In this document: positions 52,511 through 64,000 of the stretch, piece after piece | Layout of the letters: each line of letters begins with the position of its first letter | How positions within the stretch are numbered: position 1 is the first letter of the stretch | Assembly (NCBI GenBank): GCA_964035545.1 | Contig: OZ037765.1 | Span: 13,774,698 to 13,838,697 of the forward strand | From: Bugula neritina | Lineage: Eukaryota > Animalia > Bryozoa | Reading direction: 5' to 3' | DNA: 64,000 nucleotides | The notes under the pieces: model-generated | Told to the model about the DNA's origin: nothing | Database searches by the model: none | Seen by the model: the letters and a program-made list of their open reading frames with translations, nothing else | Position numbers and translations under genes: made by a program

Positions 52511-53100
52511 TATGAGTATCACTTCAAGTTATACTAATAGTAATACTTATTCATATTCATATTGATTACAATTATTAACTTGAACTTATAGCTAAGCTAC
52601 TGCCAGTAGCTGTAGACCCTAGGCTAATAGCTGTAAGTGGAATAGTATAGTTTACTCTTAGTCTTACAGTTACTAACTTATACTTATAGTAACTATACAC
52701 TAAATCAGTAAATGACTAATACTATATAATATAGTATATAGTGTATTTAGTATTGTATAGTAATACTAATAACTAATAGTAATACTAATAGTATAACTAT
52801 ACTTACTCTTATTAACATAAATTCCTTTTAACTCATTAGTTATAAGCATAGTTATACTATTAGCTATTACTAAAGTCTACAACATGAACATATACTTATA
52901 GTTATAGTATAAGTATAAGACATAAGTGTAACTGTAAAACTTAGAGTTAGCATTCGACTTAGTACATGCGTACAATTATATCTTATCATAATGATAATAA
53001 TATTTGTCCATAATGATAATGATAATTACTGTTAGTATTACATTCAGTTTAACATTTACACTTGCAATTATGACCACTCAATCTGATTACTCATTAGTAG
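52510..53100. repeat. Low-complexity TAN tract in the putative first intron of the TFB2M-like gene
   Basis: TAATACTAATAACTAATAGTAATACTAATAGTATAAC and similar. Confidence 0.75.
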
Positions 53101-53299
53101 AACTTATATTTTAAAAATATTACTAGCTGAAGTTAGAAACTTTCACAAACTTTCACATTTGATGTTTGACCTTGGAAAGAGATAGTGCAGTTTATATACT
53201 ATGCTTTATACATCTAGGTTAACATCTCTTGATTTTTTCATATATTTGTTAAACTTTCAAACTCTTTATGTTTAATGTGTCTTTTTCACAGAGTCTAAA

Positions 53300-56200
53300 A
53301 TGGTTCCTGCAAACTGCCGTCAATTTAGAAAGTTGCCCCTAAACTCTCCTTTGCTTTTGCAAAAAATTTTCGGTGAAGTAGGATGCAGAATTGTAATTGG
53401 CAAAGAAACTGCTCTCTCAGAAATAGACCCTCACATCAAAGCACACTTGAATATTGGGCCGGGCAACGCTCTGTTTGACTGCTCAAGTTACCCCCTGATT
53501 AATACTGCTTTATGTCTAGCTCGTAAAATGAATTCAAGCAATTGCTCAATTGTTTTTAAGGTAAACTTACTTATTTTATCTCATTTGTTAAATTGATATA
53601 CCATATTTAACCAAAGATTTTTATGATTAAATTGAGTATAAAAATTGGAAGCATATTTAATATATTTAACAGCTGTCACTCTAAATTTCAAAGATGTTTT
53701 TTTTAATTGTTCTTGATCTGTAAATGAAATGAGCATCCAGCTCATGCTTCTAAAGTAATAATGTGTTTGTCTCTTAGATATTTGTTATATTGCGTAGTTT
53801 TGTATATCTAGTGTTATGGTCAGAAGAATCATGTGCAACAACTTGTAAAAAATTTCCTAGCAGAATATCCTACCATTCAGCCTCATCTAAGGTAAACCAC
53901 TGTCTTTATTTAAGTCAATTTTAATAAACACTTCAAGTGGTGACATTGTCTTATAAAGAAGATTTGTGAAGCATGATACTGTCTAGCTGTAGTACTTAGC
54001 ATATTTCTTTGCCTAATTTACAATCTGAATTCTTTTTAGTGTTGTAGAGCAAAAACCCTTGGACCAAAATATTGTTGACTTTTTAATCAATCATGCGATG
54101 GATTATAGCGTCAAATTACTTTCTGAACAGACGTAAGTTATATATAATGTACTACTAAATTTCACATTCATCGTCTGCTTGTAATAAGTGTTAGTAAATA
54201 TAGTTTTGTGACACATATAAACTGTCTGGGTTTATGATATAATCAGTTATGTAGGAAATAATAATTTGGTAAGCTGAAATAAAATTAGAATTTGCAATTT
54301 TGTAATAGTATATCTTGTTTGTTGGAAAAGGAACACTGTTTTACACATTTTCGGCTTGTGCTGGAATACTACTGGAGTATTATATTTCATGTAAATTCTT
54401 AAGATATTCTGGAGATGAGCCACCAGGTCGATTATCTAAAGTAATGAACTCAATGGTGGATATTTTAGACTGGGAGTCTTCTTACAAAAACTATGGCACT
54501 AGTGTCAAGGTGAGAGGTGGTAAAATAAATTTAAGTCTTTCTTAAATTTTTAGCAGTAGTAACTGGAACTAGATAATTTGAAATGATGAATTATGATTTT
54601 TTAGAAACATGGGGTGATGAATTAAAATTATATATCGAAACATTTCATCTGCATTATGAATCATTTGTCGTTAATTGAAAGGTCACGATCTACTTAAATA
54701 AGTTAGTATTAGCTGTGAGAGGGCTGTGAGACTATAGCTGGAAAAGTTTGGCAGTAATTATTGTTTTGCACTCCTTATAATTTTCCATTTTTGTGGTTCT
54801 GGTTGAGTGACTCAGGACTTGGTTTAAATTTAAATTGAGTTTAATACTAGCTAGTTTTGTTTATATTTTGCAATCAATAATTGAGCTGTAATTCACTAAA
54901 CAATAGCATTCTTATGAGCTAATGTTCGAAGTTTGGGCGTACTTCAATAGATGTCCGACCTATGTAAGTTGCTGCAATTTGTGAACTTGCCAACTGATTG
55001 TATCAATTATTCTATTCACATATATGCAGTTGTGTTATTTTTACCATGACCATATATGCATCATGGTAAGCACAAGTTAATTTATTTACAATTTCTAGTT
55101 CCAATTAAACATATTTTTAGCTTCAACCTACGAATAAAACTGGGTTATTTAGTACATTGGGTCATATCTTAAAAAGGCAGTGTATCCTAAATCCTATGGG
55201 TAAGTCCAGTTTGTAGTACATTGTTAATTGATGAGAGTTTGTAGATTTGTGGTGTCAAAGAGTTTTTACAACATTGAAATGAAGACAATTTTTTGGCAGC
55301 TACTGTAATAAAAAGTTATTGTTTTAAAGTTTTGGATTTCATGATATTTATTACATGTATCAAGTTAGAATTACTTGTTTTATAGTCATCCAGACACCTA
55401 TATTTGATGCAAAAGTCAAGTATCGTCACAAAAATCTGTTGACGAACTCACCGTACGAAATATATCAATATTGTCGACGTGTGCCTGATGTTGAACTAGA
55501 AAATGTGCTAACCTGTCTTACAACGTATAGTTTAGAAGCAAAAAAGAGCATATTACAAAAACATAAGGTAAACTACAAAATTATATAGATATTTACAATG
55601 AATAAAAATCTTTAGTTTCCTTTAATTTTATTAAAAAATGAATTATAATGGATAATTTGTTAATTGTTTCGATAAAAATAAATGGTACATAGAGCCTTTT
55701 GACAGGCATTGTAAATATTTTAGTGTAAATTAGCTGATGGTTGGTAAGCAAAACTGTTTTTGTATTATATGGTGAAATATTGATCTTCAAATGTCTCTAA
55801 ATTCTAAACTATCTAAGCTCTGTATAACTTGAATATTTGAATCTCATTATTTTAGGCCAACCCTCAAGAATTCTATGGGCAGATTAAATTAGCCGAGAAC
55901 CTGTTAAAGATAGTTAAAGGAGGTTGGAACATATTATTTTCAGTAATGCTAGTCATTTTCAATATCAACTTTTAAAGTTTGAATTTTACGGAATCTACAG
56001 AACATGAAGATCTATATACTCGTATGTGGTTTGTAATACTAAATTTTGAGAAAAAAAAGTTGAGGGTGGGAGGTTCAATGATATTAATTGTTCCGGCAAA
56101 TCTCTATTTTCTTTACAGTATATTCTTTAAATCGTGCAAATAATTTAGTTGAAATGTTAGTTGAAATCAGCACTTTCTAGTTATACAAAAAGTGCTATGT

Positions 56201-57336
56201 GACAAAAGATGGTTAATGTAATAGCAAAGATTTTGGAATCCCAATTACAGTAACGATAGTTATATGCAGTGGCCATAGCTACAACTTTAGGTAATAGTTA
56301 GCATATACTTTGCGCCAAGCTTTAGTTATGAAATGCGTCACCATTGTTATTCATTGTATAATCTCAGCTACTAAACAAAGGTACTTGTTTTTCCAGTACA
56401 ATATGCATTTATTAAAAAATATTATTTCATTAAAATGCTAGTAAAATTTCTGACCACATGTAATTTGAACAGTTTTATATCCAAATTTAAGAGTGACTTA
56501 CTAGAACCATGGCTAGCCCCACGAGGAAGTTGACCCCGATTTCCAGAAATAGCTCAATGTGTGAAAAAATCCTATTGAACAATTTAAATATTTAACTAGC
56601 ACTAAACCAAAAACTACTCCAAGGTAAATTACTTCATTGCCCAACAATAGTTTATAATTTATATTTTACAATAATATATTGCCAGGTGACAAATCTTTGC
56701 TAGAAGATTGTATTGAGGCTTCAAGGCATCTATTTTACAAGAAAGAGAGAAAATCACTGTCTGGCCAGGGTATAAAAAGTATAAAGAATGTGTGTCACTC
56801 TGCTACTATCCCATACAAGCCTTCTATTCCTTTCCATGTGCTCTGTGAATTATTCACTAACGCACTACCGGCTCATATTGCACCAAGGTTTGATGCATGT
56901 AAGTGCCAGCTTCACCTTGCATATTATAATGATAAATTGTCACATCTTTGCTTCAAGCTAATTTCACAAGATAATAATCAACTATTACTGTTTATTTAAC
57001 TTCAGTTGTTGAAGAGATTCTTGCTGATGGAACCCTAACATGTAATGGCCAACCCATAAATCTCGATCACAAATTCAGTCCAACAAATATTTTAGCTGAT
57101 ACCACTTTACTGGGTAAGTTGAAATCTCATTATGTCGATAAAAGTATTGTACAACAACATAAAATGTGAATATATACATTACAAAAATTTACATGCATGT
57201 ACATATAGTTATTAAATGCATAGGCTGACTGTCAGTATATTTGGCTTTAAGATGTTACGCATTTCTTGCAGCATCCAAAAACACAGCCTTTGTGGTGAAA
57301 TGGGAAACAGGCACTTTTCCAATTCCGTCGACTTGA
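53300..57336 (+). CDS. Uncharacterised multi-exon gene (~459 codons), tentatively a highly divergent mitochondrial transcription factor B2 / KsgA-fold protein; the best model contains an in-frame TAA at 54623
   Basis: Exons: 53300-53560, 53812-53891, 54040-54132, 54404-54509, 54605-54681, 54951-54963, 55030-55065, 55121-55199, 55386-55567, 55856-55922, 56686-56898, 57006-57113, 57272-57336 (1380 nt, all phases compatible). Basic, acid-free N-terminus. By-eye similarity to TFB2M segments recalled from memory (ALFDCSSYPLINTALCL ~ LLLECNPGPGILTQALL; LFSTLGHILKRQC ~ LYHVLSVIWQLAC). The gene's existence is well supported; its identity is tentative. Confidence 0.6.
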
Positions 57337-57340
57337 GACA

Positions 57341-60300
57341 TTAAATGGCAGCAGTTTTGGGAGTCATCATAGTCTGTTGTAGCTTGCTGACAGATGTAGC
57401 TATCATTTGACGGAGTGTGTTATCTTCGCACTCTACACTCTACGAATGTGACACAGCATATTATTAATTAGTCTAGATGGGAGTATATTTTCACAAATAT
57501 AATTTACGTAAACTTACATACAAGTGTATTACTTACACAGGTGTTGAGATTAACTGTAGCTTCAACACCATTTACATTTAATTGAATTTTGTCGGCCTTG
57601 ACAAGTTTTCCAACACTATCTTCGCCATACATTTCATTTAGCATATCAAGAACACATTCTTGGAAATGAGCCTTGTCCACTTTTAGTACAGTCATGTTTG
57701 CTGCAAACAGATACAAGCATATGTAAGCATGACTATGCATGCTATATGCACCACTGTTTAATAAGCCAATATCAAGTTATGACGTTCTTCTCTTTAGCTA
57801 TTCACATAAAATATTAAAATAAAAATAAAATAACATGCTATTTATTGGGGGTTAAACCCTTGTAGAATATATTCACCACTTGGTGTTATAATAAAATGTA
57901 ATCTAAATAACATAACAAATTATTAAAAAGATTGAGCCTAAAGGCCCTCAAACATAGCTCTCACCAAAATATTTCTCAAACTTGTGAGCCATAAATTATG
58001 TAAATGCATTACAAGCTAGAAATTTGATTTTAAAAGTGAAATGATTAAATCATTTTCCTCGCCACTTACAGCTGTGAGTTTGTAAATTTACCTCTTTTAG
58101 CTTCAGGCTCCTGGTCAGTCCTCAATATGGCAGCCAGGACAGCATCGGCAAACATGTCGTTTACAGGACTTGATTCCCACTACATGAAACATGACTTACA
58201 ATGATAACCGCAGCACTCTGCTAGCTGATGTATGTATACAAATTCATGCAATAGTACATGTACAGTAGGTCATGAAACTGATACTAAAGTCTTCATGACA
58301 ATAGCTTACAATAAGACCATAAATGTCAATTGTTTTATTGTATGATTTTTCTGATAACATTGCGAATTTAAAAAAAATCAAAAGAATATATAGCATGGCA
58401 TTATTCACAGCATGCAGTTAAAACGCTCTGTCAAACTCTGTTAATGTTTTACATGTTTCAATAAGGCTACAGACCAAATCACGTGTAATTTTTAGCTTTA
58501 TATTTTGCTGACAAACTAATGTAATGGCTGGTGGAAGTGTAACTACGGACACATTCATAGTTCCCTGTATTAGGATGCGGAGGCATGATAGACTATAGGC
58601 GTCTCCAATCACGTTAAAGCATGTGATTACCCCCCCCCCCCCCCCCCCCGACTAAGCAGATAGCTTCCGGACAGTTAGTGAGGAAATGTAGTTGATAGCA
58701 GATGGACGATGTTTTGTACAGTACTATATTTTTCCTATATTAAGTCAGAGTAACTAGATGTGATCTGTTCATATATTTGTGCGAAATATACTTATTCTTC
58801 TTCACGTTGAAAACCTGTGTAGTTTCTACTAAGCTACGTAATTCTACCGATACAATAATTGCACACATTAGAATCCACCTCAATAATAATCCTAGAAATT
58901 ATTACACTAATACATTATATTGGACTTTCAATAAAAAGTCAGTCTCCCAATCATAATTCAACTTTACCAACTACAGCTGGTTTAAATGTAGGCTACTAAA
59001 CAATACAGTTGATCAGTACCAATATTGCCACTTAAAGCTCTTATTAGTTATAATTACCTCCAAGACCACCATCTTTCGGTCTATTCTCACAGTTATTTCT
59101 TTGAACACTTTCAGGAACTTTTTATCATCAATTTTAATTGTCTCAATATCGCCAGCAAGTTGGGCAAGATGAAATTCGAGTAACGAGATGCTCCCACTAT
59201 AAGCCACACTTTGTCGTTGCATCAAGGTGTTTGTGCACAATTCTGTGTAAGCTATAAAATCCCGATCAATACTTAGAAGGCGAACTCAACCCTCAACACT
59301 AATTCACTCAACAGCCTTACTCAGTGTATTAAGTAATCTATGCTATAGTATTCCAACAAAATTACATCTACCCAGCACTACATTGGTTACTTGAGACATT
59401 TCTTTGGGCAAATGTGATTTCTGAATACCTCGGCTTTTAGGTCTAGCAGGTTATAGACTACTTTACTGCTGGCTACTAAAATTTTCAGTGATGTGAGTAA
59501 GCTAGACAGTTAATACAATAATATACCCTACAGTAGCAGCTATTGGCAGCATATAGTACATAGCTTTATGTTAGTAAACATGGCTCTGTTGAAACGGATG
59601 TTTTAGATCCATATCGAGCTTCATAGAAATTCAGACATTACATAAGCAGCATTAGAAATGTCTCATTAATAGTTGTTTTCATAAATAAGTGAAGTTTAGC
59701 TACTCAACAAGATATCTGATAATGTAATTAAAAGACATACTTGGTACATCTTTAGGAGACATTATGTGATAAGAGAAATTTCTTTTCACTAAAACGCCAG
59801 ATAAAGAAGCTCCGTGTTCAGGCTTCTTCTCAGCAAGTGAACCAACCACCTAGGACAGAAGAATATTTAATTAAAACAGCAAAAGATTATTAAAAGAGTA
59901 TATAATCCAGTTGCATATATGTAGTTCAAAAAAGCTTCATATGACAGCCATGCAACATAACTGTGATAACAATTCTAACTATAATACAGTAATTCTTTAA
60001 TTGAATGATGCTCTCAACCATTCTAATAGTAACACATTACAAAAAACAGATTTGTTTAATTTTGCAATGTAGAAGAAAATGATTGTTATGCATGATAACT
60101 ATTATTTCTCAAATGATTTCACACCTTAGCCATCTTTTCTCCTCTAAAATGCAGTTCAACCACTTCACTGTTGGCTGGGCTATATATTTGTATAGTTTCA
60201 TCATTTTCTTCATACTCTCTGATGAGTCCAGCTTTTAATCTCATCATTTCATTCTGTTCTCCATGCACCAACACCTATGAAGGCGCACAAAAGCAGAGTT

Positions 60301-63300
60301 GTGAAAGACTTGTATTAATTTAATCTGTAATCAACAAAACAGTTTATTAGAATTATGCTATACGACTTACCACATGGTCGGGTTTCAGTGTTCTCACAAA
60401 CTCGCTTGTTTGTAAGAAATCTGTGTGAGCTGAGAAAGAAATATAGTCCACCGAGCATCGAAGTGGCAGTTTTTGTCCAGAAAGTGTTTCAATTTCTGAA
60501 GGCTCTGACAATATTTTCTGAAACAAAAATATAAGATATGAGATTTCAGCTTTCAGCAGTTACAGAATTTAAATAATATTGTTAGCAGGGCAACTCCAAT
60601 TTTATTCTTGGAGAAATAACTAAAGTGTTTAGTTACAAATATTATAGCCTACCTTAGCCAATGTTCCTTCGACACAATAACCAGCTATGATACAACCATT
60701 CTTCTTATCTGTGCACCAGTCTTCAAACAGTTCTCTACTTAGACCAGATTGCATCATACCAGGACTGGCCATCACTACAGATGGCCCCAGATCTTCAAAA
60801 TGATCAATACTCTACAACATAAATAAAAATTAACAAGGTAAACATGTAAAATATAGAACAACAAATAATATCATAATAGACTAGTAGACAACACTTGAAA
60901 CTTTTTTGAAAGTTTAGTCATCTCTTACTGTTTTAAGCTACATGGAGAAATTATTCATAAAATTAGATATTCAAAATCCAGTTTTTAGTAAACCACACAT
61001 GTTTACAGTAATAAAGACCTATTATATCCATAAATGTATAATAGTGTAGGAAAAGTGTTTTTGTAATTTTGATAAAAACATTCAAATATGCAGGGTTAAC
61101 CAAGTGAAGCAATTATTATAGAGAGTACTACCTTTAGATAGGAGATATGTTTAAAGTCAAATGGATTACTTGTAGTAATCTGCTTTTGAATCTTTGAGTT
61201 CATTGCATTTATATATGTTTGGTAGACAGTCATACACTTCTTGGCCAGTGAGGATGCGTAGTAAATTGGAACATCATGCAGGTCCGGGTGTTCAGACCAA
61301 TACTCATCTAAAGCCAGGTGTTCAATTAATAGTTATTGAGTCACAGTCCGTTACACTTTCATGTTAATTGAGCTGTATGCTCTTTCACTGAATACCAATC
61401 TCATACCTAGAATCAGCAAGAGTTCCTGAGCTCTTCCTAATGCAAATACAGGAATGAGACAGCGCCCTCCCCTCTTCACAATGTCTGAAATTAGCTGAGT
61501 AAAGCGGGCTTCTCTCTTTTCCCTATCTTCATGTATGTGTGTTCCATATGTAGCCTCCTAGAATAAACCAACCAACATAATTAATTTCAATAGATCTGTA
61601 TATCATTTAGCAAGACAAACTTGTATAATTTGGCTTAGATATTTGTTGGGCTACATGCATTAGACAAATTACATAGACATTTGTAATTTGAATGAATGCA
61701 ATAGTGATGAGTCATCACAGCAATTTAAATAACGTCAACTGTTTCAATAAAACAGATTTGCTTTCCCCATCAAAGCCACTAAGAGTTTCAACTATTGAAG
61801 ATTAATGAGTTTTTGCACAGACAATTTTTGTTGAAAGTAAACTTTACAACATGTTTGATAAGTGGTTGTAAGTTAAAAAACAAACAGCTGTTACCTAATC
61901 GGAATCAGCAGTGTAATTACTCACTGTTCATCATTGGCTATGATGTAACCTGATGACAATCACATCAGCTGGCAGAATTTACACAAATCAACAAAATAAA
62001 GAATACCACGGAGCAGTGACAAATACCATACCACTATGAGGACATCTGGCTTCACATCAGGAATTTCAGCAGCCATTAAATGACGGTCTTCTTGTCGAGA
62101 GAAGTCACCAGTATACAGGACTTTCACGCCGGCAATTTCTATCATGAACATAGCAGCTCCCAATACATGGCCAGCTTGATAGCACCAGAACTTAATGCCA
62201 TTCACTTCAGTTTCCTAGAGCAATGTTTTAAAATGCAGCTAGTAGACTATTAAAGCAACAAAAAAACCTTCCAACACCTTTTATATTATTGGAAAAGTTA
62301 AGCTTTATTGTTTAACTGTACATGAAATTAATACAGTGCAAAAACAAACAAAGAAGAGTAACAACTCTTTTAAAATATATTATTAAAATATTATGCTAGT
62401 TCATACCGCATGGAAGTCTACAGTCTCTATTCTATCCATGCTATTTTCTATATCCTGGTCGGTATACAAGATTGTATCTGAAGAGATATTACTAAAACAC
62501 AAAGACATTGAGTGATCTGTGGTGCCTTGTATGGTTATGCCAACATTGGGCCTGCATACCACTAGCCATGCTATTTCGCACTGGGCCTCATCATCACTTG
62601 CGACAGCTTTATTTTTATATACTGTTATTTGTTACTATGTTTCCTTTCTAATTGTTAGTCTGCTCTTGTAACTTATGCTAGTTGTAAAACACTATATTAT
62701 GATGAAATAAAACACACACGCACGCACACATTTAATGCTGATACCATAAATAGCTATAAAAAATTCTTAGCTTAAAGAAGTCAAAATGTAACAGCCATAT
62801 GCTTTATATAAATCGCTCAATTAAAAGGTCTCCTGACGTCTAGCCACATTATATATCATTCCATATCCAGCTCTGCTAAGTATTATTTCAAGTTGAAAAT
62901 ACTGTAAGATCAACAGCTGATGAAATGTTTCAAAAAACAACACGAAACATTTTAGGGTTACGAACCCTTGTGATACTTGTCCAACTAACCCATAGACTAC
63001 TTTACTAAATGCGTTTCCCAAGACCACTAATAACTAATAAATTGAAAGTAAAGACAGCATGCTGTGCTATTTTCACTAGGACATAGCACAGCATGCATCA
63101 CCCTAGGTAAGCACTACATAAAATAACAAAGGCATTTAGCATTAGCACAACAACTGTTGGCCATTTGTTGAAAAAAACAGAATAAAAAATCACATTGCCT
63201 TGAATTTAAATACATGTATACCATGACAAAAAATATTACAGAAATTATATCAAAATTTGTAATCTTAGTTATAATAATATGCTTAAAGTACAAAAGTAAG

Positions 63301-63834
63301 TATTAAACACATAACAAATGGTTGAAAACCAAGATGTTTGGTTCATAATACATTACAACCATACCTGACTTTGACAAAATCAGACAGTAACCACCTATAA
63401 ATGGCTTTTGTGGCGTGTGTCATGAAGACCCGTCCCTTGAAATGAGTTTTGGCTAAGAACCATGGTAATGCCCCAGAATGATCCAAGTGGAAGCTAAACA
63501 TATGAATAGTTTAATAAGATAATAAAACACTCAAAATTACTATTAGTGCAGTTTCACATAAGAATTAAAATATTGTGATTTCAGTATATTGCCTTAAGTA
63601 TGTGAGGCAGTAGATTACTAAAAACATTGTTGATATTAAAAAGTGGAGCAAATTCGAAAATACAAAATTCAATCAAGTGCTTTCCTGCCATCTGTTTAAT
63701 GTTACTAGTATTTCACATCTATACAGCACTACCTACTGGCTAATGAGTAATACATCAATATCATCTAGATTAATAATATCTGTATATGGTAAGGATTCCA
63801 AGCCTTTCATCCCTGGGTGAATGCCACAATCCAA
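57341..63834 (-). CDS. CPSF3: Cleavage and polyadenylation specificity factor subunit 3 (CPSF73 endonuclease), 5'-partial
   Basis: Minus-strand exons: 63834-63737, 63493-63365, 62491-62407, 62214-62032, 61557-61407, 61307-61132, 60811-60653, 60517-60371, 60274-60125, 59849-59741, 59251-59058, 58179-58092, 57700-57537, 57439-57341 (644 codons in frame). Motifs: [83 protein letters not shown]. The first ~40 codons lie beyond the window. Confidence 0.97.
58630..58649. repeat. Poly(C) run (20 nt) in a CPSF3 intron
   Basis: Directly visible. Confidence 0.9.
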
Positions 63835-64000
63835 CTAAAATCCACATAAAATAAAAAGAAACTAGAAATAAATAACATCAACTACTATCATGATAATAGT
63901 TATCATAGGTTATCTAATTTTATTATTTCATACAAGTATGCAGTTCACAGCAAACAATGCATACATTTATAATAACAAATAGCAGCACTTTTATTCCGGG

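Overview
AT-rich, intron-rich animal genomic DNA, most likely a lophotrochozoan-type invertebrate (the taxon cannot be fixed from sequence alone). All exon models were built by hand from GT-AG sites and frame continuity. Five protein-coding genes: (1) capicua/CIC long isoform, + strand, 20 coding exons, 8566-25376; (2) USP25/USP28-family deubiquitinase, - strand, 21 coding exons, 45272-26107, converging on CIC; (3) a secreted coiled-coil + C-type lectin gene nested antisense in the USP25 intron after the catalytic Cys-box exon (36915-40619/41153), with two alternative last exons that swap the ligand-binding half of the lectin domain; (4) a very divergent, tentatively TFB2M/mtTFB-like gene, + strand, 53300-57336, whose best model has an in-frame TAA; (5) CPSF3 (CPSF73), - strand, 5' end outside the window, whose stop codon lies 4 nt from the stop of gene 4. 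Also present: a fossil hAT (Charlie/Buster) element with an 8-bp TSD, a dead CR1-type LINE (PHD ORF1, APE-RT ORF2), several MITEs, four minisatellites next to CIC splice sites, period-3 TAN tracts beside the putative promoters, and a palindromic putative bidirectional promoter near 52.3 kb. No rRNA, tRNA or CRISPR array was seen.
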